The notes under the pieces were generated by a model. The model was not told the DNA's origin, made no database searches, and was given only the letters and a program-made list of their open reading frames with translations. A DNA stretch of 64,000 bases from an uncultured Gammaproteobacteria bacterium (GTDB lineage Bacteria > Pseudomonadota > Gammaproteobacteria > Steroidobacterales > Steroidobacteraceae), in assembly GCA_963726665.1 (NCBI GenBank), contig CAVSDW010000012.1, positions 323,690 to 387,689 of the forward strand, read 5' to 3'. Made by a program: the position numbers and the translations under genes. This document shows positions 28,130 to 40,453 of this stretch, in pieces. Each line of letters opens with the position of its first letter. Position 1 is the stretch's first letter.

Positions 28130-30077
28130 GCAGGCCCCCGTCGGACTGCGCGGACTCGACGGCGTGCTCGCTGCACTCGCCGTCGCGGTCGCGGCGAACT
28201 TCGCGAACCTGCCGGCCTGGGTGCTGCTGCTTCTCGTCGCCGCCACCGCGTGGCGCTGGGCCGCGGACCGGCGCGGCCTGGCACTACCGCCGCGCTGGCT
28301 GCGCATCGTGGCCGCGGTCTCGGGACTCGTTGTCGTGCTCGTGGCCTACCGGACCGTCAACGGCATCGAGGCAGGAACCGCATTTCTCGTGCTCATGGCC
28401 GCGGTGAAGCTGCTCGAGACACGCGCGCCGCGCGACCTCACGGTGCTGGTCTTCATCGCCTGGTTCCTGCTGTACGCCGCGCTGCTGCGCGACCAGCGGC
28501 TGCAGCTGCTGCCCTGGCTCCTGGCCGGGACGCTGCTCGCGACAGCGGCGTTGCTGCGCGTGCACGCGGGTGCCGCCGGTGATTCCTGGCGCGGCGTCTT
28601 GCGACGGGCGACCGTGCTCATGCTGCAGGCACTGCCGCTGGCATTGGCGCTCTTCCTGCTCTTTCCCCGGCTGCCCGGCCCGTTCTGGGGCCTTGCGGTC
28701 TCGAACTCGGCGCGCACGGGATTGTCGGACGAAATGACGCCGGGCGACGTCTCGGACCTGAGCGTCTCGGGAGAGCCGGCCTTCCGGGTCCGCTTCGCCG
28801 CCGGGCTTCCGCCGCCGGTGCAGCGCTACTGGCGCGGGCCGGTGCTGCACGAATTCGACGGGCGGAGCTGGCGGCGCCCGCGCGGACAGGCCTTCCCGGC
28901 GCAGGAGGTGACCTACTCGGGTGCGCCGGTCGACTACCAGATCACGCTCGAGCCGCACGACCGAAACTGGATCCTCGCGCTCGACATGCCGGGCGGGTGG
29001 CCAGAGCAGGAGGCCTACCGGTCCTTCGACTTCACGCTCCTGTCCCCTCGCCCGCTCACGGACGTCGCATCCTTCCGCCTGCGCTCGTACCCGGGCTACC
29101 GCGCCGGGACGGAGCTGCCGCAGTCCCTGCGCAACAAGGACACGCAACTGCCGGCATCCGGAAACCCGCGCTCGATTGCGCTTGGCCGGACGCTTCGCGC
29201 GCAATACGTCGAACCGTCCAGAATCGCCCGCGCAATGCTGCGGCTGTTCCGCAATCAGCCGTTCGTGTACACGCTGCAGCCACCCCAGCTCGGGGAGAAC
29301 GCAGTCGACGAGTTCCTGTTCACGACGCGCAAGGGTTTCTGCGAGCACTACGCCTCGGCGTTCACGCTGGTGATGCGGGCAGCAGGAGTGCCCGCACGAG
29401 TGGTCACCGGCTACCAGGGCGGCGAGTTCAACCCGATCGGCGGTTACCTGCTGGTGCGCCAGTCGGACGCGCATGCATGGTCGGAGATCTGGCTGGACGA
29501 TCGCGGCTGGGTTCGCATGGACCCGACGGCAGCGGTCGCGCCGGAGCGCATCGAGCGCGGCCTCGTGAACTCCGTGGGCGCCGACGAACCCGCGCCAGGA
29601 CGGCTGCGGCAGGAAAGCGCACTCTGGCTGCAGGTCACACTGACCTGGGACACGGTCAACGACTTCTGGAACGAGCGGGTCGTGCGCTTCAACGCCGCAC
29701 GGCAGTTCGACCTGCTCGAGCGGCTGGGTTTCGACGAGCCCGACTGGCGCACGCTGGGACTCGGGCTCGCAGCGAGCCTCGCCGCGTTCTTCGTCGCGCT
29801 CTCGACCTACCTCGGGTGGAAGCATCGCGCGCCCGAGCGCGACTGGCCGGCGAGGCTCCACGCCGAGACCGCCCGTCGCCTGCACCGGCGCGGCCTCGTG
29901 CCCGGGCGCACCGAAGGGCCCATCGACTTCCTCGACCGGGCAGCCGCGTCGTGCCCGGACCTCGCCGCGGACATCGCGCGGATACGCGACCTCTATTCCG
30001 GCCTGCGCTACGGGCCACGCCCGGGTCCAGGCGACCTGAGCCGGCTCAAGCACCTGGTGAACCGTCTGCGTCCCTGA
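28110..30077 (+). CDS. Transglutaminase-like membrane protein (TgpA-type: DUF3488 N-terminal TM region + transglutaminase core)
   Basis: Multi-TM N-terminus. Catalytic core GFCEHYASAFTLVMRAAGVPARVVTGYQGGE.....YLLVRQSDAHAWSEIWLDDRGWVRMDPT (Cys-His-Asp). Start at ATG 28110 or 28122, overlapping the end of the DUF58 gene. Confidence 0.88.
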   Translation: MAAPMREQAPVGLRGLDGVLAALAVAVAANFANLPAWVLLLLVAATAWRWAADRRGLALPPRWLRIVAAVSGLVVVLVAYRTVNGIEAGTAFLVLMAAVKLLETRAPRDLTVLVFIAWFLLYAALLRDQRLQLLPWLLAGTLLATAALLRVHAGAAGDSWRGVLRRATVLMLQALPLALALFLLFPRLPGPFWGLAVSNSARTGLSDEMTPGDVSDLSVSGEPAFRVRFAAGLPPPVQRYWRGPVLHEFDGRSWRRPRGQAFPAQEVTYSGAPVDYQITLEPHDRNWILALDMPGGWPEQEAYRSFDFTLLSPRPLTDVASFRLRSYPGYRAGTELPQSLRNKDTQLPASGNPRSIALGRTLRAQYVEPSRIARAMLRLFRNQPFVYTLQPPQLGENAVDEFLFTTRKGFCEHYASAFTLVMRAAGVPARVVTGYQGGEFNPIGGYLLVRQSDAHAWSEIWLDDRGWVRMDPTAAVAPERIERGLVNSVGADEPAPGRLRQESALWLQVTLTWDTVNDFWNERVVRFNAARQFDLLERLGFDEPDWRTLGLGLAASLAAFFVALSTYLGWKHRAPERDWPARLHAETARRLHRRGLVPGRTEGPIDFLDRAAASCPDLAADIARIRDLYSGLRYGPRPGPGDLSRLKHLVNRLRP

Positions 30078-30129
30078 GCGGCCCTCGGGTATGCTTGCGC
30101 CCTCGAGTAAGGTGTCGGAGTCAATGACC

Positions 30130-30393
30130 ATGGCAGACCTGAAGAAGCAGTTCGAAGCAGCCGGCAAGGACGCACAGAAACTTCCGTCGCGGCCGTCCGA
30201 CGAAGACATGCTGCGGCTCTACGCGTTGTACAAGCAGTCGACGGCGGGCGACGTGACCGGCGAGCGACCCGGCGCATTCGACTTCGTGAATCGCGCGAAG
30301 TACGACGCGTGGGCGCGCGCCAAGGGCACGCCCACCGAGAAGGCGATGAAGTCGTACGTGGACCTGGTCGCGCGACTGAAGAAACTGGGCTGA
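30130..30393 (+). CDS. Acyl-CoA-binding protein
   Basis: MADLKKQFEAAGKDAQKLPSRPSDEDMLRLYALYKQSTAGDV...PG.FDFV.RAKYDAW....G....AM..Y is the ACBP signature. GGAG lies 9 nt upstream. Confidence 0.88.
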   Translation: MADLKKQFEAAGKDAQKLPSRPSDEDMLRLYALYKQSTAGDVTGERPGAFDFVNRAKYDAWARAKGTPTEKAMKSYVDLVARLKKLG

Positions 30394-30397
30394 CGCG

Positions 30398-31243
30398 GTG
30401 GGCGCGGCCGCGGCGATTGCGCTCTGCGCGGCCGCGGTCCTCACGTGGCTGCTCGCAGGCCCGATCCTGGCGGCGCGCCGCCGCCGTGCGGCCATGGCGC
30501 GGCCGCTTGCGCCAGATGCGATCGCCTGCATCGAGCGCAACGTTCCCTTGAGGCGTCGCCTGCCGGCAGAACTCGCGGCGCGCCACGACGGTCTGGTGAG
30601 CGCCTTCCTCGCCGAGAAGGAATTCGTCGGATGCGGCGGGCTCGTCGTAAGCGATGAGATGCGCGCCACGATCGCCGCGCTCGCGTGCCTGCTGGTGATC
30701 GGCCGGCGCGGGCACTACGACGCCCTGCACTCCATCCTCGTCTACCCGTCGGCCTTCTGGGTCGAGGACGAGGTCGAGGACGAGGCGGGAGTCGTCGAGC
30801 GGCGCCGCAGGGACCTCTCGGGCGAGGCCTGGGAAGCGAGCCGCATCATCCTGTCCTGGGAGGACGTGATGGAGTCCGCACGGTTTCCGGCCGAAGGCTA
30901 CAACGTTGCGCTGCACGAGTTCGCCCACTACCTGGAAGCGGAAGGACTCGGCCTCGCCGCTCCGCCGACGCGTGCGAGTGAGTCGAAGGACCCGGCACCG
31001 TCGCGAGTGCGGGCGCTGGGAGCCTGGTCCGCGGACGTCGTACGGGAATTCGAAGACCTGCGTGGCGCCGTAGACCGCGGCGAGGACACGTTCCTCGACC
31101 CCTATGCTGCCGAGGACGAGACTGAGTTCTTCGCGGTCGCGACGGAAGACTACTTCGAGCGCCCGTCGGGATTGCGCGCGGCGCATCCGCGGCTGTACAC
31201 GCTCCTCACGGAGTTCTACGGGCTCGATCCCGCGGCGTGGTGA
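30398..31243 (+). CDS. mtfA: Zinc-dependent peptidase, MtfA (M90) family
   Basis: HEFAHYLE zinc motif, SGEAW.....ILSW, and a C-terminal E.FAVA.E.FFE.P......P.LY..L..FY. GTG start. Confidence 0.8.
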   Translation: MGAAAAIALCAAAVLTWLLAGPILAARRRRAAMARPLAPDAIACIERNVPLRRRLPAELAARHDGLVSAFLAEKEFVGCGGLVVSDEMRATIAALACLLVIGRRGHYDALHSILVYPSAFWVEDEVEDEAGVVERRRRDLSGEAWEASRIILSWEDVMESARFPAEGYNVALHEFAHYLEAEGLGLAAPPTRASESKDPAPSRVRALGAWSADVVREFEDLRGAVDRGEDTFLDPYAAEDETEFFAVATEDYFERPSGLRAAHPRLYTLLTEFYGLDPAAW

Positions 31244-31274
31244 GCGCCCTGCCTCAGCGCACGACCTGAGCGGC

Positions 31275-32579
31275 TCAACTGCCGCCGCGCGGGCCGCCGG
31301 CAGTGTCGGCTCCCCCGCGCGACGCCAGCGCAAGCAGGATACCGCCGCCGATGAACAGGATCACGATCGAGAGAATCGACAGCCGCGAGTCGCCCGTCAC
31401 GGCAGCCGTGATACCGACCAGGGCCGGACCGATGATCGCGGACGCCTTGCCCATCATGTTGTAGAAGCCGAAGAATTCCGACGACTTGTCCGGGGGCACC
31501 AGCCGCCCGTAGTAGCTCCGGCTCAGCGACTGTATGCCGCCCTGCACGAGCCCGATCACGCACGCCAGCACGTAGAAATCGCGCACGTCCCTGAGGAAAT
31601 ACGCATAGCAGGTCGCGGCCAGGTACACCGCAAGCGCGATGAAGATGCCCCGCCGCGCCCCGATCCTGCCGCCGAGCCAGCCGAACGCGAGCGCCGCGGG
31701 AAACGCGACGAACTGCGTCAGCAGCAGCGCCTTGATGAGGTGCGCCTGGTTGAACCCCAGGGACAGGCCGTAGTCGACCGCCATCTTGATGATGGTATTC
31801 ACGCCGTCGATGTACAGGATGTATGCGGCCAGGAACCAGAGCAGCGGCCGGTAGCGGGCGATCTCGTGCAAAGTGCCGCGCAGTTCGCTGAACCCCATGC
31901 GGACCGCCGCGGCCATCGGCACTCGGGTCCGCCGGTCCCGGCGCTCACGCACGTAGATTGCGCAGGGCAAGGTGAACAGCAGCCACCACACGCCCACGCT
32001 GACGAACGACCAGCGCACCGCTTCGCTGGCATCTGCAAGGCCAAACCACTGCGGCCTCAAGGTCATCATGACGTTTGCGGCGAACAGCAGCCCGCCGCCG
32101 AGGTAACCGAGCGAATACCCGAAGCCGGACACCAGGTCGTATTCCTCGGGCTCCGCGACGTGCAGCAGCAGGGAGTCGTTGAACACGATCCCTCCCCAGA
32201 ACCCCAGCGATGCCACGAGGAACAGGGCCGCCGCGAGTTGCCAGTGCGCCTGCCCCACCATCGACAGGGCAAGCGTGGCGCCCGCGCCCAGCACCGTGAA
32301 TGCCATCATCATCCGGACCCGCGCGCCACCACGGTCTGCGATGGCACCGAGCGCCGGCGCCATCAGGGCGACGCAGAGGCTCGCCACGCCGCTGGTCACG
32401 CCGAGGCGATAGGTGCTCTCGGTCGCCGCCACGCCCGCGTTCCAGTACTGCTTGAAGAACACCGGGAAGAACCCGGCCATCACCGTGGTCGCGAACGCCG
32501 AGTTCGCCCAGTCGTACAGCGCCCAGGCGACGACGGGCGGCCGCGTGAGGACCTTATGCCGCCGAGGCGAGGTGCTCAC
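31275..32579 (-). CDS. MFS transporter (UMF1/Atg22-like family)
   Basis: [30 protein letters not shown], typical of the UMF1 family; 12 TM segments. The start overlaps the prfC 3' end by 26 nt. Confidence 0.85.
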   Translation of the reverse strand: MSTSPRRHKVLTRPPVVAWALYDWANSAFATTVMAGFFPVFFKQYWNAGVAATESTYRLGVTSGVASLCVALMAPALGAIADRGGARVRMMMAFTVLGAGATLALSMVGQAHWQLAAALFLVASLGFWGGIVFNDSLLLHVAEPEEYDLVSGFGYSLGYLGGGLLFAANVMMTLRPQWFGLADASEAVRWSFVSVGVWWLLFTLPCAIYVRERRDRRTRVPMAAAVRMGFSELRGTLHEIARYRPLLWFLAAYILYIDGVNTIIKMAVDYGLSLGFNQAHLIKALLLTQFVAFPAALAFGWLGGRIGARRGIFIALAVYLAATCYAYFLRDVRDFYVLACVIGLVQGGIQSLSRSYYGRLVPPDKSSEFFGFYNMMGKASAIIGPALVGITAAVTGDSRLSILSIVILFIGGGILLALASRGGADTAGGPRGGS

Positions 32580-34149
32580 GTGTCTCCCTGAAGGTCACGT
32601 CGGGCCAGCGTTCCATGGTGAGCTGCAGGTTCACGCGCGTGGGCGCGAGGTACACGAGCGCGCCCGAGTGGTCCACGGCGAGGTTGTCGTGAGCCTTCGA
32701 GCGGAACTCCGCGAGTTTCTTCGGGTCGGCGCAGTACACCCAGCGGGCCGTGTAGACGTTGACCGCATCCCAGGTGGCCTGCACCGAGTACTCGTCCTGC
32801 AGCCTGAAGGCGACCACGTCGAACTGCAGCTGGCCCACGGCGCCGAGGATCAGGTCGTTGTTCCTGAGCGGGCGGAAGAGCTGCGTGGCGCCCTCCTCGC
32901 AGAGCTGGTCGAGTCCCTTCTGCAGCGCCTTCATGCGCAGCGGATCGCGCAGTACCACGCGCCGGAACATCTCGGGCGCGAAGTTCGGGATGCCGGTGAA
33001 GGTGAGCGCCTCGCCCTCGGTGAAGGTGTCGCCGATGTTGATCGTGCCGTGGTTGTGGAGCCCGATGATGTCGCCCGCGTACGCTTCCTCGGCGTGCTGG
33101 CGGTCGGCGGCCATGAACGTGAGCGCGTCGGCGATGCGCACTTCCTTGCCGAGCCGGGTGTGGAAGAAGCGCATGCCGCGCTCGTACCGCCCCGAACAGA
33201 TACGCATGAAGGCGATGCGATCGCGGTGGCCGGGATCCATGTTCGCCTGGATCTTGAATATGAACCCCGTGAGCGGCTCCTCGAACGCGTCCACGACGCG
33301 CGAAGTGGTTTCGCGCGGCCGCGGCGCGGGGGCTTCCTCGACGAATGCCGAGAGCAGCTCCGTGACACCGAAGTTGTTGATCGCGGAGCCGAAGAACACG
33401 GGCGTCTGCCGTGCCGCCAGGTACTCCTCGCGCGAAAATGCAGGGGAAGCCCCGTGCACCAGCGCCACCTCGTCGCGGAGCGCCTGCGCGCGGTCGCCGA
33501 GAAACCGCGTCGCGGCCTCGCTTGCGAGGCCGTCGATGGTCTCGTGCGTGCCCACGCGGCCCTTCTCGGCCGCCTGGTAGACGTAGATCCGATCCTCGAG
33601 CATGTGGTAGACGCCGCGCAGGTCCCGACCCATGCCGATCGGCCAGGTGACGGGCGTGCAGCTGATCTTCAGCACCTTTTCGATCTCGTCGAGCAGTTCG
33701 AGCGGCTCGCGGCCCTCGCGGTCCAGCTTGTTGATGAAGGTCATGATCGGCGTGTCGCGCAGCCGGCATACCTCCATGAGCTTGATCGTGCGCTCCTCGA
33801 CGCCTTTCGCGCAGTCGATGACCATGAGCGCCGAGTCCACGGCGGTCAGCGTGCGGTAGGTGTCTTCGGAAAAATCCTCGTGACCCGGCGTGTCGAGCAG
33901 GTTGACCATGCGGCCCCGGTAGGGGAACTGCATCACGCTGGACGTCACCGAGATGCCGCGCTGCTGCTCGAGCGCCATCCAGTCCGAGGTCGCGTGCCGC
34001 GCGGCCTTGCGGCCCTTCACGGTGCCCGCCATCTGGATCGCGCCTCCGAACAGCAGCAGCTTCTCGGTGAGCGTGGTCTTTCCTGCGTCCGGGTGGGAAA
34101 TGATGGCGAAGGTGCGTCGCCGCGCCACTTCGTCGCGTGTCGGGTTCAT
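32554..34149 (-). CDS. prfC: Peptide chain release factor 3 PrfC
   Basis: [33 protein letters not shown]......ATSDWM..E..RGISVT.SVMQF.Y......LLDTPGH.DF; NKLDR. 531 aa. Confidence 0.97.
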   Translation of the reverse strand: MNPTRDEVARRRTFAIISHPDAGKTTLTEKLLLFGGAIQMAGTVKGRKAARHATSDWMALEQQRGISVTSSVMQFPYRGRMVNLLDTPGHEDFSEDTYRTLTAVDSALMVIDCAKGVEERTIKLMEVCRLRDTPIMTFINKLDREGREPLELLDEIEKVLKISCTPVTWPIGMGRDLRGVYHMLEDRIYVYQAAEKGRVGTHETIDGLASEAATRFLGDRAQALRDEVALVHGASPAFSREEYLAARQTPVFFGSAINNFGVTELLSAFVEEAPAPRPRETTSRVVDAFEEPLTGFIFKIQANMDPGHRDRIAFMRICSGRYERGMRFFHTRLGKEVRIADALTFMAADRQHAEEAYAGDIIGLHNHGTINIGDTFTEGEALTFTGIPNFAPEMFRRVVLRDPLRMKALQKGLDQLCEEGATQLFRPLRNNDLILGAVGQLQFDVVAFRLQDEYSVQATWDAVNVYTARWVYCADPKKLAEFRSKAHDNLAVDHSGALVYLAPTRVNLQLTMERWPDVTFRETREHLASAA

Positions 34150-34189
34150 CGGTCGGGACCGGCCGGTCGGATACGGGGCGGCGATTCTA

Positions 34190-34702
34190 TCAGGGACCGC
34201 CGTTCCGCCCGGCCGGATCCGCCAGGCTGAGCTTCAGGACCAGCGCGTCCTCCCGGCCCTGCTCTGCCTGGTAGTAGGCCTTGCGACGGCCGACCTGCAC
34301 GAACCCGACCGACTGGTACAGGGAGATCGCAAGCAGGTTCGTGGGCCGCACCTCGAGGAAAGTCTCGGCCATGCCCGCCTGCCGCGCGCGCTCGAGGAGT
34401 AGCACCAGCATCTGCCGCCCGACACCCCGGCTGCGCAGGTCGTCGCGCACGCAGAGGTTCAGGATGTGTGCCTCGCCGGCGCCCATGGCGACGATGCCGT
34501 AGGCGACGACCGCGCCGTCGAGCTCGGCAACCCTGCACAGGTAGCCGACCCGGAGGCAGTCGCGGAAGATTCCATCGCTCCAGGGGAACGGATACGCGGC
34601 GCGCTCGAGAACGCCAACCGCGGCAACGTCGCTCGGGGCCATCGCGCGGAACTTCACCAGCCGGTGATGGCGCCCCTGCGCGTCCGCGCCGGCGGCGCTC
34701 AC
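34190..34702 (-). CDS. rimI: Ribosomal-protein-alanine N-acetyltransferase RimI
   Basis: [33 protein letters not shown]...[19 protein letters not shown].....A.......LEVR.TN..AI.LY...GF (GNAT motif A). The GTG start at 34702 overlaps the stop of the upstream gene. Confidence 0.85.
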   Translation of the reverse strand: MSAAGADAQGRHHRLVKFRAMAPSDVAAVGVLERAAYPFPWSDGIFRDCLRVGYLCRVAELDGAVVAYGIVAMGAGEAHILNLCVRDDLRSRGVGRQMLVLLLERARQAGMAETFLEVRPTNLLAISLYQSVGFVQVGRRKAYYQAEQGREDALVLKLSLADPAGRNGGP

Positions 34703-35463
34703 GTCAGCACCTGCTCGCCGCGCCCCAAGCGCTCGAAAACCTGTTTCGCCTGGAGCAGGTCCAGCCACGCCTTGCGCTTCTCGCCCGGGCTCCGGAGCAG
34801 GTAGGCCGGATGGTAGATGACGACGAGCGGCCGGCGCCGGATGCCGAGGCCGTGCACCTTGCCACGCAGCTTCGACAGCGCGGCGTCGGTCTCGAGCAGG
34901 CTCTGGGCTGCGATGCGGCCGACGGCGACGATCAGCGCGGGATCGACGAGTTCGATCTGCCGGTCGAGGTAGCCGCGGCAGGACCGGGCCTCCTCCGGCC
35001 GCGGGTCGCGATTCCCCGGCGGACGGCACTTGAGCACGTTCGCGATATAGACATCCTCGCGCGGCAGCCCGAGCGCCTTCAGCATCGAGGTCAGCAGCTG
35101 GCCCGCGCGACCGACGAACGGCTCGCCCTGCCGGTCCTCGTCCGCGCCGGGCGCCTCGCCGATGAACATCCAGCGCGCCGCGCGGTTGCCGACGCCGAAG
35201 ACGGTCTGGGTGCGCGTGGAGTGGAGCTCGCAGCGCCCGCAGGCTGCGACCGTCTGGCGGAGCGCATCCCAGTCGAGCGCGGCCACGGCACCGGGCGCAT
35301 CCAGCAGCGCGGGAGACGATCCGATGCGCGCGAGTCCGGTCGACTCGCGGGCTTCCTGCTGCGAAGAGCCCGGGGTCTCGCCCGGCCCCGCGGCAGGCCC
35401 GCGCCGGACGTACACGTCCACGCCCAGTGCCTCGAGGTATGCAGCGTGGCGTGCGTCCACCAC
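34699..35463 (-). CDS. Uracil-DNA glycosylase, family 4
   Basis: [47 protein letters not shown]; [16 protein letters not shown]; HPAYLLR. Confidence 0.88.
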   Translation of the reverse strand: MVDARHAAYLEALGVDVYVRRGPAAGPGETPGSSQQEARESTGLARIGSSPALLDAPGAVAALDWDALRQTVAACGRCELHSTRTQTVFGVGNRAARWMFIGEAPGADEDRQGEPFVGRAGQLLTSMLKALGLPREDVYIANVLKCRPPGNRDPRPEEARSCRGYLDRQIELVDPALIVAVGRIAAQSLLETDAALSKLRGKVHGLGIRRRPLVVIYHPAYLLRSPGEKRKAWLDLLQAKQVFERLGRGEQVLT

Positions 35464-35472
35464 CGGTGCTCG

Positions 35473-36282
35473 CTACTTCCGAGTCCCCGGGCCTGCGTGC
35501 GAGGCGCCGCGGCGACCGCGCGTGGCCCGGTGCCATGCCCACAACAGTGGCCCGGAGAGCGCATACAGGCCGAACAGGCCGAACAGCATCTCGGGTGGGC
35601 TCGATCCCACCAGGATGAAGCCGAGCGGCAGCAGCACCAGCAGCGCAAACGGGATGCGCTGGCTGGTGTTGAAGTCCTTGCCGCTCATGTAGGGAAAGCG
35701 GCTGATCATGAGGCTCCCCGCCAACAATGCCACGACGAACGCGAGCACCAGCGCGCGCAGGCCCTCGCGCTGCAGGTCGTTCAGCATCCACACGAAGCCG
35801 GCGAGCAGCGCCGCTCCGGAGGGACTCGGCAGGCCCTCGAAGTAGCGCTTGTCGGCGGTCGCCGATCGCGCGTTGAATCGTGCGAGCCGGAACGCGGCGC
35901 AGGCGGTGTAGAAGAAGGTCGCAAGCCAGCCGAGCCGGCCCCACACCGCGCCGTATTCCGCGATGCGCACCACGCCCCACTGGTAGGCGGCCACGCCCGG
36001 TGCCACGCCGAACGCGACCATGTCGGACAGGCTGTCGAATTCCTTTCCGAACTCGCTCTGCGTGTTGGTCCAGCGCGCGATCCGGCCGTCGAGCCCGTCG
36101 CACACCAGCGCGACGAAAATCGCGATACCCGCGCGGTCGAAATTACCGTCGGTCGCAGCCACGATCGCGTAGAAGCCCGAAAACAGGACCGCAGTCGTGA
36201 ACAGGTTGGGCAGCAGGTAGATGCCTCGGCTGCGCGGCCGCGGAGCGGCCTCGCCGGGCGTCCCGGAGGAATCGGTAGTCAT
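35473..36282 (-). CDS. pssA: CDP-diacylglycerol--serine O-phosphatidyltransferase PssA
   Basis: [17 protein letters not shown]; [29 protein letters not shown] (CDP-alcohol phosphatidyltransferase motif). ATG at 36282. Confidence 0.9.
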   Translation of the reverse strand: MTTDSSGTPGEAAPRPRSRGIYLLPNLFTTAVLFSGFYAIVAATDGNFDRAGIAIFVALVCDGLDGRIARWTNTQSEFGKEFDSLSDMVAFGVAPGVAAYQWGVVRIAEYGAVWGRLGWLATFFYTACAAFRLARFNARSATADKRYFEGLPSPSGAALLAGFVWMLNDLQREGLRALVLAFVVALLAGSLMISRFPYMSGKDFNTSQRIPFALLVLLPLGFILVGSSPPEMLFGLFGLYALSGPLLWAWHRATRGRRGASHAGPGTRK

Positions 36283-36422
36283 GTGTACCCAGGCGGTTTT
36301 GCTCGGGTCATCATAGGTAGAGTGCGGTGCCCGCACAATGAAAAGCTGGCGGGCGGAATGGGTCCGTCGCCTGCTCTGTTAGAATTCCCTGCTGCGAGAC
36401 CACTCCCTGCACCGGTACCAAG

Positions 36423-38138
36423 ATGCGACTTTCGACCTACCCGATCAACACCTTGCGGGACGTTCCCGCCGACGCCGAGGTGGTCAGCCACCAGTTGATG
36501 CTGCGGGCAGGGCTCATCCGCCGCCTGGCGGCGGGCCTCTACACGTGGCTGCCGCTCGGCCTCCGGGTGCTGCGCAAGGTGGAGGCGATCGTGCGCGAGG
36601 AGATGAACCGCGCGGGCGCGATCGAACTGCTGATGCCGACCGTGCAGCCCGCCGAACTGTGGCAGGAATCCGGTCGCTGGGACCAGTTCGGCCCGGAACT
36701 CCTGCGCATGCGGGACCGTCACGAGCGGTCCTACTGTTTCGGTCCGACGCACGAGGAAGTGATCACCGACCTCGCGCGGCGCGAGCTGAAGAGCTACCGC
36801 CAGCTCCCGTGCAACTTCTACCAGATACAGACCAAGTTCCGCGACGAGATCCGGCCTCGCTTCGGGGTGATGCGCGCGCGCGAGTTCACCATGAAGGACG
36901 CGTACTCCTTCCACCTGGATGCCGCCTCGCTCGAGCAGGGCTACCAGGCGATGTACGAGGCCTACTCGCGCATTTTCACGCGGATGAACCTGCGCTTCCG
37001 CGCGGTGCGCGCCGACACCGGCAGCATTGGCGGCAACGCCTCGCAGGAATTCCACGTGCTCGCCGACTCGGGCGAGGACGCGATCGCCTTCTCGGACGAG
37101 GACGACTACGCCGCCAACCTCGAGATGGCGGAGGCCGTGCCGCCGGCAACCAGGCGCGCGGCCCCCGCCGCGGCTCTCGCCAGGGTGGCCACGCCGGGTA
37201 CCCGCACCATTGCGGAACTGACCGCATTCCTCGGCGTGGAGTCCACGCAATGCATCAAGACGCTGCTGGTCGAAGGCAGCGATGGCGGTGTGGTCGCGCT
37301 GGCCGTGCGCGGCGATCATGAGTTGAATGCCGTCAAGGCGCAGAAGCTGCCCGGCGTCGCCTCGCCACTGCGGATGGCTTCGCCTGAGCAGGTGCGCGCC
37401 GCCACGGGCTGCGAGCCCGGCTTCATCGGCCCCGTGGGCCTTGCGCTCAAGGTGTACGCCGACCATGCGGCCGCAAACGCGGCGAATTTCGTCTGCGGGG
37501 CCAACGAGCGGGACGCCCATCTCACGGGCGTGAACTGGGGCCGCGACCTACCGGAACCCCAGGCGGTCGACGTCCGCAACGTGGTCGCAGGCGACCCGAG
37601 TCCCTCCGGAAAGGGCCGGCTCGGGATCGCCCGCGGCATCGAGGTGGGCCACATCTTCCAGCTCGGCCGCAAGTACAGCGAGGCCATGAAGGCCGAGGTG
37701 CTCGACGAATCGGGCAAGTCCGTGACCATGTTCATGGGCTGCTATGGCATCGGTGTGACGCGCGTCGTGGCGGCGGCCATCGAACAGAACCACGATGAGC
37801 GCGGCATCGTCTGGCCGGAGCCGATCGCGCCTTTCAACGTGTCCCTGATACCGATCAACCTGCAGAAGTCCGAGCGCGTCCGCGAGGCCTCCGAGCGGCT
37901 GTACGCAGGGTTGCAGGCAGCCGGCTTCGAGGTGCTCTACGACGATCGCGACGCGCGACCGGGCGTCAAGTTCGCGGATGACGAGCTCGTCGGCATTCCC
38001 CATCGGATCGTGGTCGGGGACAAGGGTCTCGAGCGCGGCGTGGTCGAATACAAGCCCCGCTCGGGCGACGGCGCCGCGGACGTGCCGCTCGATTCGGCCC
38101 TCGAGTTCCTCAGGGAGCGCATTCGCGCCAGGAGTTGA
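36423..38138 (+). CDS. proS: Proline--tRNA ligase ProS
   Basis: 571 aa: [54 protein letters not shown]; [22 protein letters not shown]; an editing-domain insertion; GCYGIGV.R. Confidence 0.97.
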   Translation: MRLSTYPINTLRDVPADAEVVSHQLMLRAGLIRRLAAGLYTWLPLGLRVLRKVEAIVREEMNRAGAIELLMPTVQPAELWQESGRWDQFGPELLRMRDRHERSYCFGPTHEEVITDLARRELKSYRQLPCNFYQIQTKFRDEIRPRFGVMRAREFTMKDAYSFHLDAASLEQGYQAMYEAYSRIFTRMNLRFRAVRADTGSIGGNASQEFHVLADSGEDAIAFSDEDDYAANLEMAEAVPPATRRAAPAAALARVATPGTRTIAELTAFLGVESTQCIKTLLVEGSDGGVVALAVRGDHELNAVKAQKLPGVASPLRMASPEQVRAATGCEPGFIGPVGLALKVYADHAAANAANFVCGANERDAHLTGVNWGRDLPEPQAVDVRNVVAGDPSPSGKGRLGIARGIEVGHIFQLGRKYSEAMKAEVLDESGKSVTMFMGCYGIGVTRVVAAAIEQNHDERGIVWPEPIAPFNVSLIPINLQKSERVREASERLYAGLQAAGFEVLYDDRDARPGVKFADDELVGIPHRIVVGDKGLERGVVEYKPRSGDGAADVPLDSALEFLRERIRARS

Positions 38139-38139
38139 G

Positions 38140-38718
38140 ATGCGGATGCACGGGCCGATCCGGACGTTCCTGGTGCTGCTCGCGGCGCTGCCCGCACAGG
38201 CGGCGCTGGCGGACCGCCAGATGGACCCCGAGTTGCGCGGGGTCATCGCCGGCGCGATCGTGCCCTCCGACTGCTTCGAGGACCGCTACGAGCAGGCCGT
38301 GTGGCTCGCCTACATGGAGCCGCGCCTCGGCCGCTACGTGAAGGACCAGGGCGAGCGCGAGCAGATCCTCCACCACGTCCACTGCGAGGCGAAGCGCGTG
38401 GACATCCCGCCGGAACTCGTGCTGGCCGTGATGGACGTGGAGAGCCGCTTCGACCGCTACGCGGTGTCTTCCGCCGGCGCCGTGGGGCTCATGCAGGTCA
38501 TGCCGTTCTGGCCGAGCCAGCTCGGCATGACGAACGCGCAGCTCGTGCGCATCGGCGACAACGTGCGGATGGGCGCCACCATTCTCGGTTACTACCTGCG
38601 CCTGGAGCGCGGCAACTACCAGCGCGCGCTGCAGCGCTACAACGGCAGCCTCGGGCGCCCGGACTACTCTGACCTCGTGATCGACCGAATGGTCTCGCGC
38701 TGGCGCTATTCGCACTGA
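38140..38718 (+). CDS. Lytic transglycosylase domain-containing protein (SLT family)
   Basis: Signal peptide. The SLT core is PELVLAVMDVESRFDRYAVSSAGAVGLMQVMPF.......N......DN...G..IL..Y. Confidence 0.85.
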   Translation: MRMHGPIRTFLVLLAALPAQAALADRQMDPELRGVIAGAIVPSDCFEDRYEQAVWLAYMEPRLGRYVKDQGEREQILHHVHCEAKRVDIPPELVLAVMDVESRFDRYAVSSAGAVGLMQVMPFWPSQLGMTNAQLVRIGDNVRMGATILGYYLRLERGNYQRALQRYNGSLGRPDYSDLVIDRMVSRWRYSH

Positions 38719-38727
38719 ACGCGACCG

Positions 38728-39009
38728 TCAGGCGATCCGGAACTCTCCGGGTTGCGCACCCTGATCCGCGACCTCCTCGATCTCGACGGAAGCCACCTGC
38801 GAAGCCGGCGGTCCGGTCCACAGCCAGTCGCAGAGCGCATGCACGGCCGCCGGTTCGCCGCAGGCCAGCACCTCCACCCTCCCGTCCGCGAGGTTCCGCG
38901 CATGGCCGGTCACCCCGAGTTCGATCGCGCGCTGCCGGGTGCTGGCGCGGTAGAAAACTCCCTGTACTCGCCCCGAGACGAGACAGCGGCGTGCAACCCG
39001 TGCACTCAT
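38728..39009 (-). CDS. acyP: Acylphosphatase
   Basis: VSGRVQGVFYRASTRQRAIELGVTGHARNLADGRVEVLACGE......L..WL..GP is the acylphosphatase signature. ATG at 39009. Confidence 0.9.
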   Translation of the reverse strand: MSARVARRCLVSGRVQGVFYRASTRQRAIELGVTGHARNLADGRVEVLACGEPAAVHALCDWLWTGPPASQVASVEIEEVADQGAQPGEFRIA

Positions 39010-39016
39010 CGGCGGG

Positions 39017-40069
<1,053 letters not shown>

Positions 40070-40072
40070 ACT

Positions 40073-40453
40073 GTGGCCGAGGGCAACGAACGCCGTCGCG
40101 CGATCGCGCATCGCCTGGTGCTGGCCGGACTGTTCCTGCTGCTGGCGACCAGCCTGGCAGCCGTCCTCGTGCAGTGGAGCGGGACGCCTTCGGTGCTCCT
40201 CGCGCTGGTGCTCCTGGTCCCGCTCCTCGCTCCGTTGCGCGGGATCCTTCGCGGCGATCGCCGTACTCACGCGTGGGCGACACTCTGCATCGTGCCGGGA
40301 TTCATCTACGGGCTGACCGAAGCGGTCGCCAATCCCGCGATCCGGACGGTCGCGGCCATGGTGCTCGGCTCGAGCCTTGCGCTCTTCTTCGCGCTCGTCG
40401 CCTACCTGCGTGTCACCCGGCCGCCGGCGTATCAACCGCCCCCGAGTGCCTGA
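40073..40453 (+). CDS. DUF2069 domain-containing membrane protein
   Basis: 126 aa with four TM segments, LLAPLRGILRGDRRTHAWATL, directly after wrbA as is usual for DUF2069. GTG start. Confidence 0.7.
   Translation: MAEGNERRRAIAHRLVLAGLFLLLATSLAAVLVQWSGTPSVLLALVLLVPLLAPLRGILRGDRRTHAWATLCIVPGFIYGLTEAVANPAIRTVAAMVLGSSLALFFALVAYLRVTRPPAYQPPPSA

Noticed and set aside
32554-32579. 26-nt overlap between the MFS transporter start and the prfC end, considered as a possible recoding site
   Set aside because: Programmed +1 frameshifting is a property of prfB, not prfC. Both ORFs are intact, and overlaps of this size are common in GC-rich genomes.
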